Source of the DNA: Planctomycetota bacterium
GTDB taxonomy: Bacteria; Planctomycetota; PLA2; JAEUHO01
DNA: 64,000 nt
Assembly: GCA_029259775.1 (NCBI GenBank)
Contig: JAJDEN010000026.1
Location: 60,059 to 124,058 of the forward strand
Direction of reading: 5' to 3'
This document shows, piece by piece, positions 9,107 through 17,146 of this stretch. Both the position numbers and the translations under genes were made by a program. Each line of letters opens with the position of its first letter. Positions within the stretch are counted from its first letter, which is position 1. The notes under the pieces were generated by a model that saw only the letters and a program-made list of their open reading frames with translations, was not told the DNA's origin and did not search any database.

Positions 9107-10984
9107 CTAGCGGACCGTGCGGTAGCGGACGTCGGTGTGGTCCGTGGCGGCGTTTTCCTGGAACCAGACCAGCGTGCCCAGTCCCATGGCGTCGAGATGG
9201 ACCGCGGGCGCCTCGGCAACGTCCCCGGGCGTCGTGTTCAAGAAGTCCACCGACCCGACGAGGCCGTCGGGCGCGATGTGCACGCCGGGCAGCGTGCGCG
9301 CGGCGCCACCCAAGGCGGTGTCCGGCTCGGTCCAGACGACCAGGCCGCCGCCACCGGGACCCGCCGCAACGGCGATGTCGTTGATCGTCTCCGTACCGGT
9401 GATCCTGCGCAGCAGGAGGTTGGGGACGACGGTGCCGTCGCGACGGACGAGGCCCGCCTTGAGCGTGTCCTCGGGATCCGTCGTCGTCTCCGTCCAGGTT
9501 GCGAGGAGTTCGCCACCGGGGGTGAGGGACACCTCCAGGTCGCCGCCGTCGACGCCGACGATCTGGGGCGCCGAGAGCAGGATCGGCTCGATGGCCCCGG
9601 TCGCCGGGACGTAGCGCACAGCGCGGACGTAGCCGACGTCACTGGCGTCCTCCACGAGGGAGTAGACCGCGTAGAACCGGTTGTCGGCCGTCACGTACAT
9701 GCCGTAGTCGCTCAGCTCGCCGCGATCGGCGCTGACCGGAACGGGCGCCTGCCAACCGGGGTTCGGCTCGCCGCTCGGCACGTAGGTGGCCAGGTGGGGG
9801 ACCTCCTCGTAGCTGGTAGGACCGTCGTTCTGCGCCAGCAGTGCGACAGTCGTGCCGTTCGGCGCGACCGCGAGTCCGCGCATCCAGCAGGAGCGGGCGC
9901 TGAAGGTCTCGAGCAGGTGCTGGCTCTGCCAACCCGTGCCTGCCTCGTAGTAGGCGGCGTAGGCGCTGGTCACGCCGGTTGCATCGAGTTGCTGCCAGCT
10001 TACGGCAGCATCGCCGCGGGCGTTGGCGCGCACGAACATCGTCCCCGCGCTGCCCACTTCGTCGTCGAAGTAGGCGTAGTCCTCGAGGACACCGGCGGCG
10101 GTGCGTCGGCGTGCGCCCACGCGGGTGTCGCCCGTGTTCGTGTCCATCTCCTGCCAGCCGAAGAACGCGTTGCCATCGTCGTCGATCGCCACGCGCGGCG
10201 TGCCCATCGTGCGGCCCGACCAGGACTGAAAGAGGCCGACGTTGCTCCAGTCGTCGGTGGCGCGGTCGTAGACCATGTAGTAGCCCAGGTCGCCGTTGCT
10301 GTTCGCGCGCTTCCACGCCCAGACGGCGTCACCGCGCGCATTGACGGCAACGCTCTGCTCACCGAATCTCTCGCCGTTGACCTGCACGAGGGGCTTGCGT
10401 GCCTCGAAGTCCTCGCCGGCGGGCTTGAAGCGCGCGCTGTACTCGGTGTTGCCGGTGCTACGCACCACGCCGTAGAGCGCGATGCCGTTGCCGTTGGGAT
10501 GCGCCTTCACGATGGACGTGACGGCGGTATCCGAGACGGTCTCGAGGTACTTCGCATCCTCGAACGCCGGTGCGCGCGTCTCGAAGCCGAAGGCGAAGGA
10601 CTCGGCGCTGTGGCCGCCCGCGGCCAGCGGAAGGCCAGGCATCAGATCGACCGTGTGCTCGGAGCCAATGGGAAGCCCACTCGTGGGTACGAAGGTGAGG
10701 CGCCGCGTGGCGTCGTTGTAGCTCCACGTGCCCGCGACCGGGCCGCCGGAGGTGCGGACGCCGAGGTGGCTCGCCAGGTCGGCCGCCGGATCGATGTCCA
10801 CGGAGACGTCGATCCGGATCTCTGAGGACTCCATGACGTCTTGGGCGTTGTCCGCCGGGTAGGTCGCGAGGACTTCCAGCGGGGGAACGACGGGCGCCGC
10901 TCCACCGCCGCCTCCGCCGCAGGCGGCGAGGCAGAGGGTGAGCGAGAGGAGGGCGAGCAGGTTGTAGAGGGTGCGGGAGGGCAT
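9107..10984 (-). CDS. Lipoprotein with N-terminal SbsA-type Ig-like (Big_5) domain and repeated beta-propeller-like C-terminal region
   Basis: Internal ATG at 10984 preceded by GGAGAAG RBS. MPSRTLYNLLALLSLTLCLAACGGGGGG lipobox. LEVLATYPADNAQDV...IRIDVSVDID is typical of the SbsA_Ig/Big_5 domain. Repeated G(D/N)A(A/V)xxW motifs. Confidence 0.65.
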   Translation of the reverse strand: MPSRTLYNLLALLSLTLCLAACGGGGGGAAPVVPPLEVLATYPADNAQDVMESSEIRIDVSVDIDPAADLASHLGVRTSGGPVAGTWSYNDATRRLTFVPTSGLPIGSEHTVDLMPGLPLAAGGHSAESFAFGFETRAPAFEDAKYLETVSDTAVTSIVKAHPNGNGIALYGVVRSTGNTEYSARFKPAGEDFEARKPLVQVNGERFGEQSVAVNARGDAVWAWKRANSNGDLGYYMVYDRATDDWSNVGLFQSWSGRTMGTPRVAIDDDGNAFFGWQEMDTNTGDTRVGARRRTAAGVLEDYAYFDDEVGSAGTMFVRANARGDAAVSWQQLDATGVTSAYAAYYEAGTGWQSQHLLETFSARSCWMRGLAVAPNGTTVALLAQNDGPTSYEEVPHLATYVPSGEPNPGWQAPVPVSADRGELSDYGMYVTADNRFYAVYSLVEDASDVGYVRAVRYVPATGAIEPILLSAPQIVGVDGGDLEVSLTPGGELLATWTETTTDPEDTLKAGLVRRDGTVVPNLLLRRITGTETINDIAVAAGPGGGGLVVWTEPDTALGGAARTLPGVHIAPDGLVGSVDFLNTTPGDVAEAPAVHLDAMGLGTLVWFQENAATDHTDVRYRTVR

Positions 10985-11282
10985 CGGTCTTCTCCGAAGG
11001 GGGTGTTGCCCCGTGAACTCCCGAGAAGCTGATCCTGCGGACTGGGAATCGAAGACCGTCGACCGCACGAGGATCACCAAGGGCTCGAAGCTCCCACACG
11101 ACCTGCGGTCGTGGGGGTCCCGTCATCAGCTACGAACGCGAGCGCGCGCTCGCCGGCTCGCACACTGGCTCGTGCGCCCCACACGGTGGCCCCGGATGGC
11201 AGCGGGGTTGAGAAGGACTCGCCAACTCGGGTGCTAGCTCGCACGCGCTCTACGGAGGTCGGGAGTTGGCAGGCCAAAAATG

Positions 11283-11311
11283 GAACGGGCCCCGTCCGTC
11301 AGGACGGGGCC
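11283..11311 (-). terminator. Intrinsic terminator (GGGCCCCGUCC-loop-GGACGGGGCCC followed by a U-run on the minus strand) downstream of the displaced tRNA-Pro 3' end
   Basis: Perfect 11-bp inverted repeat at 11286-11311. Plus-strand AAAAA at 11278-11282 equals a UUUUU tail for a minus-strand transcript. Confidence 0.5.
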
Positions 11312-11317
11312 CGTAAG

Positions 11318-11364
11318 TGGTCGGGGCGAGAAGATTCGAACTTCCGACCTCCTGCTCCCGAAGC
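11318..11364 (-). repeat. 47-bp exact duplicate of the 3' part of tRNA-Pro(CGG) (anticodon stem to CCA): att-type direct repeat
   Basis: 11318-11364 is identical 47/47 to 15348-15394, the 3' portion of the intact tRNA. The sequence 5' of it does not form D-arm or acceptor pairing, so this copy is not a functional tRNA. Confidence 0.7.
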
Positions 11365-11424
11365 CCGGTGGCCATGTGAAGCGGGTGCGAGGGACAGGGC
11401 TCTGGGGGCGTTGGCGGTTTCACC

Positions 11425-11490
11425 TGGCCAACTGCCTGGCCACATTGTGCGCCGTTCGATGCCGCTCGTTGCTGTACGCGGCGACCCGAT
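11425..11490. repeat. Copy A of a ~65-bp imperfect repeat (CTGGCCA-N-CTGCCTGGCCAC...CGCCGTTCGATGC...CGCTCGTTGC)
   Basis: Aligns with copies at 13363-13440 and 15188-15262 at ~75-85% identity. It generates paralogous spurious ORFs on both strands (e.g. ...RGNERH..ASNGR.GGQ...). Confidence 0.5.
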
Positions 11491-11532
11491 ACATGCACTG
11501 TCGCCACCGCCATCCGGGCGAGCATGCGACGC

Positions 11533-12687
11533 CTAGGGAAGCCGAACGGGGAGCCCCTCGCGGATCGTGCGGACGAACCGGCGCCCTGCAATCTCGTACT
11601 CGATGATCAGGTCCTTCGTGATTCCGGGGAGCGGATCGCCTGCTAGTTCGTTGGTTGCCCGCGCACGAAGGCTGCCGCCTTCGACGAGCCTCCGAAGCAC
11701 CTTCGTCACATCTACGATCTTGCCGCGTGCGCCGTAGAGGGCGCTCCGAACGACCAGCGTCGCTCCCGCGTCCGCATCCAAAGTAGCGAGCCGCCTATGC
11801 GCGGCCTCGCGCACCCAGGGATCAGCGTGGGTTTCGGCCATCTGTTCGACGAGCCGCTTCAGCCTGTCGCTCTGCCGCAGCGCGGCTTCTTCCTTCTCTA
11901 GGATGTACCGCGCAAGTCCAGACGCCACGGTTTGCGCCTCCAGTGCTGCTTCTGCGAGAGCGGCACGCCCAGCAGCGTCCGCGCCGGTCGAGAGGAGCCC
12001 GTATGTCTCGGCGGAGAGTTCCCCTCGGCGCGCTGCTGCCAGGGCGAGCGCACGTCCCTCCCCGCCAAAGCGCGGCAGGATCGCCAGTGCGGTGTGCTGC
12101 ATGAGCGGGTCGCGGGTCCGCATGAGAGCCTCAAGATCCCGGCTGATCCGAGGGCGCGCGTCGGCATCGGAGGAGAGTGCCGCCAGCGCGGCAGCCGCAT
12201 GAACCCCTCGCGTCGGATCACGGGCGAGCCTCAACAACTCGTCGATAGGTGAAGGTGCAACCCGCAGAGCCCATCCGATTCCGCGACGAACCTCAGCAAG
12301 GTCGCGTGATCCCAGCCACGCCGAAACCTCATCGGCGTCCGGCTCGGGGCCGGTGGCCGCAGCAGCACACGCCTCCAAGACAAGGCGCACGGCACTCGAC
12401 AATGACGACTGCGTGGGCAGCGCCACCAAGCGCGCCTTGCCCCGGCGAGAGGCCTCGTCAGCCGTAGTGAAGTTACCTACTGAGGGGGGGGCGACCTCCG
12501 TGGCCGCGCCGCGCGGGCTGTTGCCCGTGAGCCCAGGACTATCTGGAACGAGCGATGGGGCGTCAGATCCGCGTTCCGGCGCCCGGGCTTCCAGGGGCGG
12601 AGCAGGATTGTCGCCTCGTGACAACAGGCTGGTGAGAACTGCCCCCGCAAGAACTCCACAGCCAAACCAGATGAGACCGTACCGCAT
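11533..12687 (-). CDS. Hypothetical N-terminally membrane-anchored protein with Ala/Leu-rich helical (HEAT/ARM-like) middle and conserved C-terminal domain
   Basis: MRYGLIWFGCGVLAGAVLTSLL TM anchor. C-terminus VVRSALYGARGKIVDVTKVLRRL...GDPLPGITKDLIIEYEIAGRRF looks like a conserved globular domain. Lies inside the islet. Confidence 0.5.
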   Translation of the reverse strand: MRYGLIWFGCGVLAGAVLTSLLSRGDNPAPPLEARAPERGSDAPSLVPDSPGLTGNSPRGAATEVAPPSVGNFTTADEASRRGKARLVALPTQSSLSSAVRLVLEACAAAATGPEPDADEVSAWLGSRDLAEVRRGIGWALRVAPSPIDELLRLARDPTRGVHAAAALAALSSDADARPRISRDLEALMRTRDPLMQHTALAILPRFGGEGRALALAAARRGELSAETYGLLSTGADAAGRAALAEAALEAQTVASGLARYILEKEEAALRQSDRLKRLVEQMAETHADPWVREAAHRRLATLDADAGATLVVRSALYGARGKIVDVTKVLRRLVEGGSLRARATNELAGDPLPGITKDLIIEYEIAGRRFVRTIREGLPVRLP

Positions 12688-12944
12688 AGGAGAATGCTAC
12701 TGGGTCACATGGGGCGTGGTCTGCAACCTGTGCCTGCGAGACGCCAGCGCCGGGGCTAGGGACCTCGGACCCGCCCAGTCGGGGCGATGACCACCTCCCG
12801 CCTCCTCGCCCTCGTCGGCGCCCCCCGCGTCTTGGCTGTCGTGCAACAAGTCTCGACCGCATGGATTGCCACCGTCCTTAGGACATCGCGCTAGGATGAT
12901 CTTGATGTCGCATCGCCATCCGGCGGGGCGACGGAGGAACGAGC

Positions 12945-13220
12945 ATGGGGTGGGACCAAGTTCTCGCACAAGTCGGCGTGGCTGGAGCGGCAGTCGCCGC
13001 GTTCGCATGGGTTGCGCGATCTTGGATCACGAGCAGCTTCGAAAAGGGCATTGAAACGCACAAGGCCCAACTCCGGCGCGAGGTAGATGTCGCGATCGAG
13101 CGACTTCGCCTTCACGATCCGGCGCGAACCGAGGTGCACAAGCGCCTGTTCGTCTCCAGCGGGAGCGAGTTGACGCAGAAGATCTTGCTCGTGATATGCG
13201 AGCGGCAGCCGCGAAGGTAG
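12945..13220 (+). CDS. Small hypothetical protein (91 aa), possible membrane helix
   Basis: ORF inside the islet with a hydrophobic N-terminal segment (VLAQVGVAGAAVAAFAWVA). GC3 is moderate (~70%), so the call is weak. Confidence 0.3.
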   Translation: MGWDQVLAQVGVAGAAVAAFAWVARSWITSSFEKGIETHKAQLRREVDVAIERLRLHDPARTEVHKRLFVSSGSELTQKILLVICERQPRR

Positions 13221-13362
13221 CCTCCGTCCACGAACAAGTACTTCGTTGTCGGCGGCGATCCGCCACCGCCGGACATCAGGGCCATCGAAGCCTCCAGAAC
13301 GCGAACGGTGGAGTATCGCGCGAAACAGGGACGCCACCGTTCCCCGTGGATCGTGACGCTCC

Positions 13363-13440
13363 CTGGCCAATCTCCTGGCCACCCTTGCGCCCGTTCGATG
13401 CACCCCGATGCCGCTCGTTGCCGCGACCGGATGCGCCGTG
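13363..13440. repeat. Copy B of the ~65-bp repeat, immediately upstream of the arsR-like gene
   Basis: CCTGGCCAATCTCCTGGCCACCCTTGCGCCCGTTCGATGCACCCCGATGCCGCTCGTTGCCGCGACCGG aligns with copies A and C. It lies ~110 bp upstream of the ArsR start and may carry its promoter/operator. Confidence 0.5.
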
Positions 13441-13550
13441 TCCGCACGCTCCCAAGAAACCGGAGCGGACTCTCGGTCCATTGCCGGGCTGCCCGAAAAT
13501 GCTCAACCATATGGTTGACAGTTGCGGGCTGGGTCGAGATACTCCGCCGC

Positions 13551-13931
13551 ATGGTTTCAGCTACAGCACCGGCTCTCGATGCCACCTTCCATGCACTTGC
13601 GCACCCGACGCGACGGGCAATGCTCGCAATGCTGGCGGACGGGCAGGAGTACACAGTTGGCGAGCTGGCCGCTCCTTTCGACGTCTCGCTCGCGGCTTCT
13701 TCCAAGCACCTGGTCGTGCTGGAGAAGGCCCGCCTGGTTCGCCGCAAGAAGCGAGGTCGAACTCATGCCTGCAGGCTCAATGCGAAGCCGCTGAAGCTCG
13801 TGATGGATTGGACCGAGGGGTTCAGCGCGACGTGGAAGCGCAACTTCGCGCAACTCGATGGCGTGCTGACGGAGCTGAAGGCTGCATCGACGAGGGCCAA
13901 GCGCAAACGCAAGGAAGCGAATCGGAAATGA
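13551..13931 (+). CDS. ArsR/SmtB-family metalloregulator-type HTH transcriptional regulator
   Basis: LAHPTRRAMLAMLADGQEYTVGELAAPFDVSLAASSKHLVVLEKARLVRRKKRGR is the ArsR wHTH signature. Start chosen at ATG 13551; the ORF-track upstream extension runs through repeat B. Confidence 0.8.
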   Translation: MVSATAPALDATFHALAHPTRRAMLAMLADGQEYTVGELAAPFDVSLAASSKHLVVLEKARLVRRKKRGRTHACRLNAKPLKLVMDWTEGFSATWKRNFAQLDGVLTELKAASTRAKRKRKEANRK

Positions 13932-14425
13932 ACCACGCTGAGTCTCTGACAGTGAGCGCGCACGGCGAACGGGAGATCGTAATCATGCGGCGCTTTGACG
14001 CCGCTTGTGCCGACGTGTTCGACGCCATGACGCGCGCTGAACTCTTGAGGAGTTGGTTGACTGGCCCGCCGAGCTGGTCAGTGACCGAGTGCGAGAGTGA
14101 TCTCTGCGTCGGTGGGAGGTACCGGATGGAGTGGCAGGGGGCCGACGATGCTCAGATGGCGATGAGCGGCGCGTACCAAGAAGTCGCGCCGCCGCTGCGA
14201 CTTGTACGCACGCAGACCTTCGAGTTCGGCTGTGAGCCACAGGCGGGCCAGCAACTTGAGACGCTGGTCCTCACGCCGGTCGATGACGGCGCGGCAACGG
14301 AGTTGCGGCTTACCGTGCAGTACCCCAGCAAGGAGGCTCGTGACGGAGCGCTCGCCTCCGGGATGGAGCAGGGAGTGGCTGAGAGCTACGCGGGCCTCGA
14401 CCGCGCACTTGACGAGGCGAAGTGA
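13928..14425 (+). CDS. SRPBCC-superfamily protein (Activator of Hsp90 ATPase homolog 1-like, AHSA1)
   Basis: ATGA overlap with the arsR stop (13928-13931). A 165-aa ArsR+AHSA1 pair is a common two-gene module. High GC3. Confidence 0.75.
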   Translation: MNHAESLTVSAHGEREIVIMRRFDAACADVFDAMTRAELLRSWLTGPPSWSVTECESDLCVGGRYRMEWQGADDAQMAMSGAYQEVAPPLRLVRTQTFEFGCEPQAGQQLETLVLTPVDDGAATELRLTVQYPSKEARDGALASGMEQGVAESYAGLDRALDEAK

Positions 14426-14498
14426 GCGCGAAGCCCACGCAGGCCGGTGGTCCCGTGCCAATCCGCGAGGTGCTCGCTTGGCTTGTGACCGGAGACTC

Positions 14499-14900
14499 AT
14501 GAAGAACGACGACGAGACCAAGATTCGCGCTCTGCTGGAAAACTGGACCAGCGCGACGAAGACGGGAAGGCACCACGATGTTCTCGCCCATCATGCGAAG
14601 GACGTTGTGATTTATGACGTGTTGCCGCCGCTGCGATACACGTCGGCGGCTGAGTACAGAGCAAGCTGGGACGAGTGGCAACCCGATGGACAGGGAGAAA
14701 TGAGGTTCGAGCTTGAGGACCTGAGCGTCATCTCAGGTGGAGATACCGCGTTTGCGTATGGAGTCCTTCAGTGTGGAGGCAACCTGCCAGACGGCGTAGA
14801 GTTCCGAGATACTGTTCGGGCAACCTTCTGTTTCAAGAAGGTCAGCAATGCCTGGGTCGTCGTCCATCAGCACATATCCAAGCCCTTTATCCGAGGTTAG
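14499..14900 (+). CDS. SnoaL-like / NTF2-like (DUF4440-type) small protein
   Basis: GGAG 4 nt before ATG 14499. ...IRALLENWTSATKTG...DVVIYDVLPPLRY...GDTAFAYGVLQCGG...SNAWVVVHQHIS is a typical NTF2-fold SnoaL-like polyketide-cyclase-like sequence. Confidence 0.7.
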   Translation: MKNDDETKIRALLENWTSATKTGRHHDVLAHHAKDVVIYDVLPPLRYTSAAEYRASWDEWQPDGQGEMRFELEDLSVISGGDTAFAYGVLQCGGNLPDGVEFRDTVRATFCFKKVSNAWVVVHQHISKPFIRG

Positions 14901-15187
14901 TTATCACGACCGCCCGTGTCGCCTAACCGGTCGCTCACGCGGAGGCGCGCGGCGACAGCGTCCTGCGGCGGGGATTGTGCCGCGCCGCTGGTCGTGTTCC
15001 CCTGGTCGGGGCGCAGCAGGTAGTCACCTGCGGTTGGGCGGGACCTTCGCCGGTTCCTTGCCACCGACCGACGCGACGTGGTGCGTCACAAGACTCCGAG
15101 ATTCTCGATGAGGAGGGCGTGTGAGTCAGTTGTACGGATGGCGACCGCTTGAGAGCGGACGCGCTCCGCAATACCTGTGAGCCCCCG

Positions 15188-15262
15188 ACCAATCTGGCCA
15201 CCTGCCTGGCCACCTTCACGCCCGTTCGATGCATCCGGATGCCGTTCGTTGCCGCGTTGGCC
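15188..15262. repeat. Copy C of the ~65-bp repeat, inside the islet next to the tRNA-proximal junction
   Basis: CCAATCTGGCCACCTGCCTGGCCACCTTCACGCCCGTTCGATGCATCCGGATGCCGTTCGTTGCCGCG. Followed by hairpin GAGAGCCCGGGAGG-tacca-CCTTCCGGGCTCTC (15304-15340), which on the minus strand lies just 3' of the tRNA. Confidence 0.5.
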
Positions 15263-15347
15263 TCGGGGGCGCGGCTCGTCGAAACGGGGCAATCCGCCCA
15301 CAGACATGGAGAGAGCCCGGAAGGCTGGTACCTCCCGGGCTCTCAAG

Positions 15348-15424
15348 TGGTCGGGGCGAGAAGATTCGAACTTCCGACCTCCTGCTCCCGAAGCAGGCGC
15401 GCTACCAAGCTGCGCTACGCCCCG
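15348..15424 (-). tRNA. tRNA-Pro (anticodon CGG), CCA encoded
   Basis: Reverse complement: CGGGGCG UA GCGCAGCUUGGUAGCGC G CCUGC UUCGGGA GCAGG AGGUC GGAAG UUCGAAU CUUCU CGCCCCG A CCA. 7-bp acceptor stem, D-arm, anticodon loop UUCGGGA (anticodon CGG), T-loop GGTTCGAAT-like, discriminator A. Very similar to E. coli tRNA-Pro(CGG). Confidence 0.85.
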
Positions 15425-15544
15425 ACATGGCGTTCAATCGGGGGGTGAGTCTACCCGCCCGGGGCGCGAGACAGACCAATTGGGGACCCGCACTTTCCAT
15501 CGCCCGTAAAGGGCGGAACTTCCCGGGCTGGATGTCAGGGTGGC

Positions 15545-16012
15545 ATGACCCCGCGTGCCTCGGACGGGGTATCCTCACGCCACATGGACGACCCCAGGAC
15601 CCGCGCACGCGACTATCTCGATCGGCGTACCGCCATCGCCATGCTCGCCACTGTGGATCCGCGCGGCAATCCAGAGGTCGCCCTCCTCATCGCCGCCGGC
15701 CAGATCGATGACGATCACGTCGCCGGGGGCGAAGAGAAAGACGTCGCAGGCGACACGTTCCGCAACCTGCGCCAGAACCCGCGCGCCACCATCGTCATCC
15801 TCGATCCGATCATGGATCCCCGCGCCCGGGACGGCGTACGCCTCACCGTCGAGTTCCTCGGCGCGGAAGAAGACGGCGACGAACTCGGCGCCCTCCGCGC
15901 CTGGCTTCAGAGCTTCGCACCCGGTCGCGAAGTCGTCAGGCGCCTGCTCTTCAAGGTGCTGACTGTCGAGAACTACCGCCCGCGCGACGACGGACCCGTC
16001 TTGCTGCAGTAG
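15545..16012 (+). CDS. Pyridoxamine 5'-phosphate oxidase-family (FMN-binding split-barrel) protein
   Basis: ...AIAMLATVDPRGNPEVALLIAAG...RNLRQNPRATIVILDP... is typical of the PNPOx-like split-barrel. The true start may be the internal ATG at 15584 (MDDPRTR...). Confidence 0.6.
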   Translation: MTPRASDGVSSRHMDDPRTRARDYLDRRTAIAMLATVDPRGNPEVALLIAAGQIDDDHVAGGEEKDVAGDTFRNLRQNPRATIVILDPIMDPRARDGVRLTVEFLGAEEDGDELGALRAWLQSFAPGREVVRRLLFKVLTVENYRPRDDGPVLLQ

Positions 16013-16047
16013 CCGTCGCGCCGGAGGAGCAGCCGGCACGCCGAGGA

Positions 16048-17046
16048 CTAGGCGTCGTCGTCGCCCTTGCGCACGAAGGCCTTGCGCAAGCGGATCTCGT
16101 TGCCGGTCTCGTTCCACGAGACCTCGTCCATGTAGTGACAGATCAGCGTGATGCCGCGACCATGAAGCGCCGTCGTGGCAGCCGGCGGACGCGCCACATG
16201 TCCCTCGTGATCGAAGCCCGGGCCCTCATCACGGATGGAGTACACCGCGCAGTCCTGCTGGTACTCGACCTGCACGAAGATGTGCCGCGCCGCCAGCTTG
16301 GGATCCTTCAGGCGCTTCTTCACCAACTTCAGGATGCCCTCCGGCTCCTGCAGCACACGCGTCTTCTCGTCGTAGGAGATCTCGAGGTTGCCGTGCTCGT
16401 AGGCGTTGGCCAACGCCTCGTAGAGCGCAAGCTTGATCTCCGTGATCGGCACGTCGTAGCCGGGGTAGCCGTACTGCAGTTCACGCCCCAGGTAGGCGAC
16501 CACCTTCGACAAGATGCCCGTGCCGCTCTGGAAGCTGAGGCTCGTCGCGCGACGATCCACCAGGTCGAGCACGTCATGGATGTCAGCCTGCTCCTCGATT
16601 GCCTTGTAGATCTGGTCGAGGACGAACTGGATCTCCTCGCGGTCGAACGGCTTGCGAAGCAGGTTGACCGCGCCGAGGGAGAGCGCTCGCTCCGTCGTCT
16701 CGGGATCCGTCGTCGAGGACACGATCACGACCGGCACCGAAGGATCGTGATCGCGGATGCGCGAGAGCGCCGCGAGCCCGCCCAGCCTCGGCATGTTGAG
16801 ATCGAGGATGATCAGATCCGGCACGACCGAGCGGGCCGCGGCCACGCCTTCCTCACCGTCGACGGCCTCCACGACCTCGAAACCGCGTTGCTCGGCAAGC
16901 CGACGCAGGAGCAGACGCGTCTCCGCGTCGTCGTCCGTAATCAGCGCCCGCGGCCGGCTTCGTCGTCGCTCGGTGATGGGACCATCCTCCGTCGGGCGGG
17001 TTCTCGCAGCCTGAGATACCGCCTCAGCCGCTCCGCGTGAAGGCAT
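16048..17046 (-). CDS. Response regulator receiver domain fused to GHKL/HATPase-like (RsbW/SpoIIAB-type anti-sigma-factor-like) domain
   Basis: REC motifs: ALITDDDAETRLLLRRL...VPDLIILDLNMPRLGG...LLRKPF. C-terminal GHKL region: ...YEALANAYEHGNLE...IRDEGPGFDH...GRGITLICHYMDEV. Divergent from the Ser/Thr kinase gene (100-bp intergenic). Confidence 0.75.
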   Translation of the reverse strand: MPSRGAAEAVSQAARTRPTEDGPITERRRSRPRALITDDDAETRLLLRRLAEQRGFEVVEAVDGEEGVAAARSVVPDLIILDLNMPRLGGLAALSRIRDHDPSVPVVIVSSTTDPETTERALSLGAVNLLRKPFDREEIQFVLDQIYKAIEEQADIHDVLDLVDRRATSLSFQSGTGILSKVVAYLGRELQYGYPGYDVPITEIKLALYEALANAYEHGNLEISYDEKTRVLQEPEGILKLVKKRLKDPKLAARHIFVQVEYQQDCAVYSIRDEGPGFDHEGHVARPPAATTALHGRGITLICHYMDEVSWNETGNEIRLRKAFVRKGDDDA

Positions 17047-17146
17047 TCCATGCGCGCAGCCGTTCTCGAGGGGTACAAGCGCCCGCCGTCCCGCGTATTC
17101 TCAGCGCCCGGCGGGGCCACCGCCATCAGGCCTGGGGAGGCCCCAC

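Larger units (their letters stand above)
11318..15424. mobile_element. tRNA-Pro-associated genomic islet (~4 kb) bounded by 47-bp direct repeats; cargo ArsR-AHSA1-SnoaL plus one large hypothetical gene; no integrase present (decayed or satellite element)
   Basis: An intact tRNA at one end and a duplicated tRNA 3' fragment plus the original terminator at the other is the classical signature of integration into a tRNA 3' end. The interior has visibly lower GC and lower GC3 than the flanks. Confidence 0.5.

Noticed and set aside
8909-10825. 638-aa plus-strand ORF
   Set aside because: Antisense to the SbsA-Ig lipoprotein gene, which has a signal peptide, lipobox and strong RBS.
11318-11364. Second tRNA-Pro gene
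   Set aside because: Only the 3' 47 nt match. The upstream sequence cannot form D-arm or acceptor stem, so it is an att-type remnant, not a tRNA.
11111-11591. ORFs overlapping the tRNA-Pro fragment and repeat copy A
   Set aside because: Same artefact as above, translating the repeat and tRNA remnant.
14935-15346. Minus-strand ORFs of 99 and 86 aa and plus ORFs 15149-15711 near the tRNA
   Set aside because: They read through repeat copy C and the tRNA gene itself. Paralogous translations (RGNERH..ASNGR..GGQ) arise from the DNA repeat, not from protein conservation.
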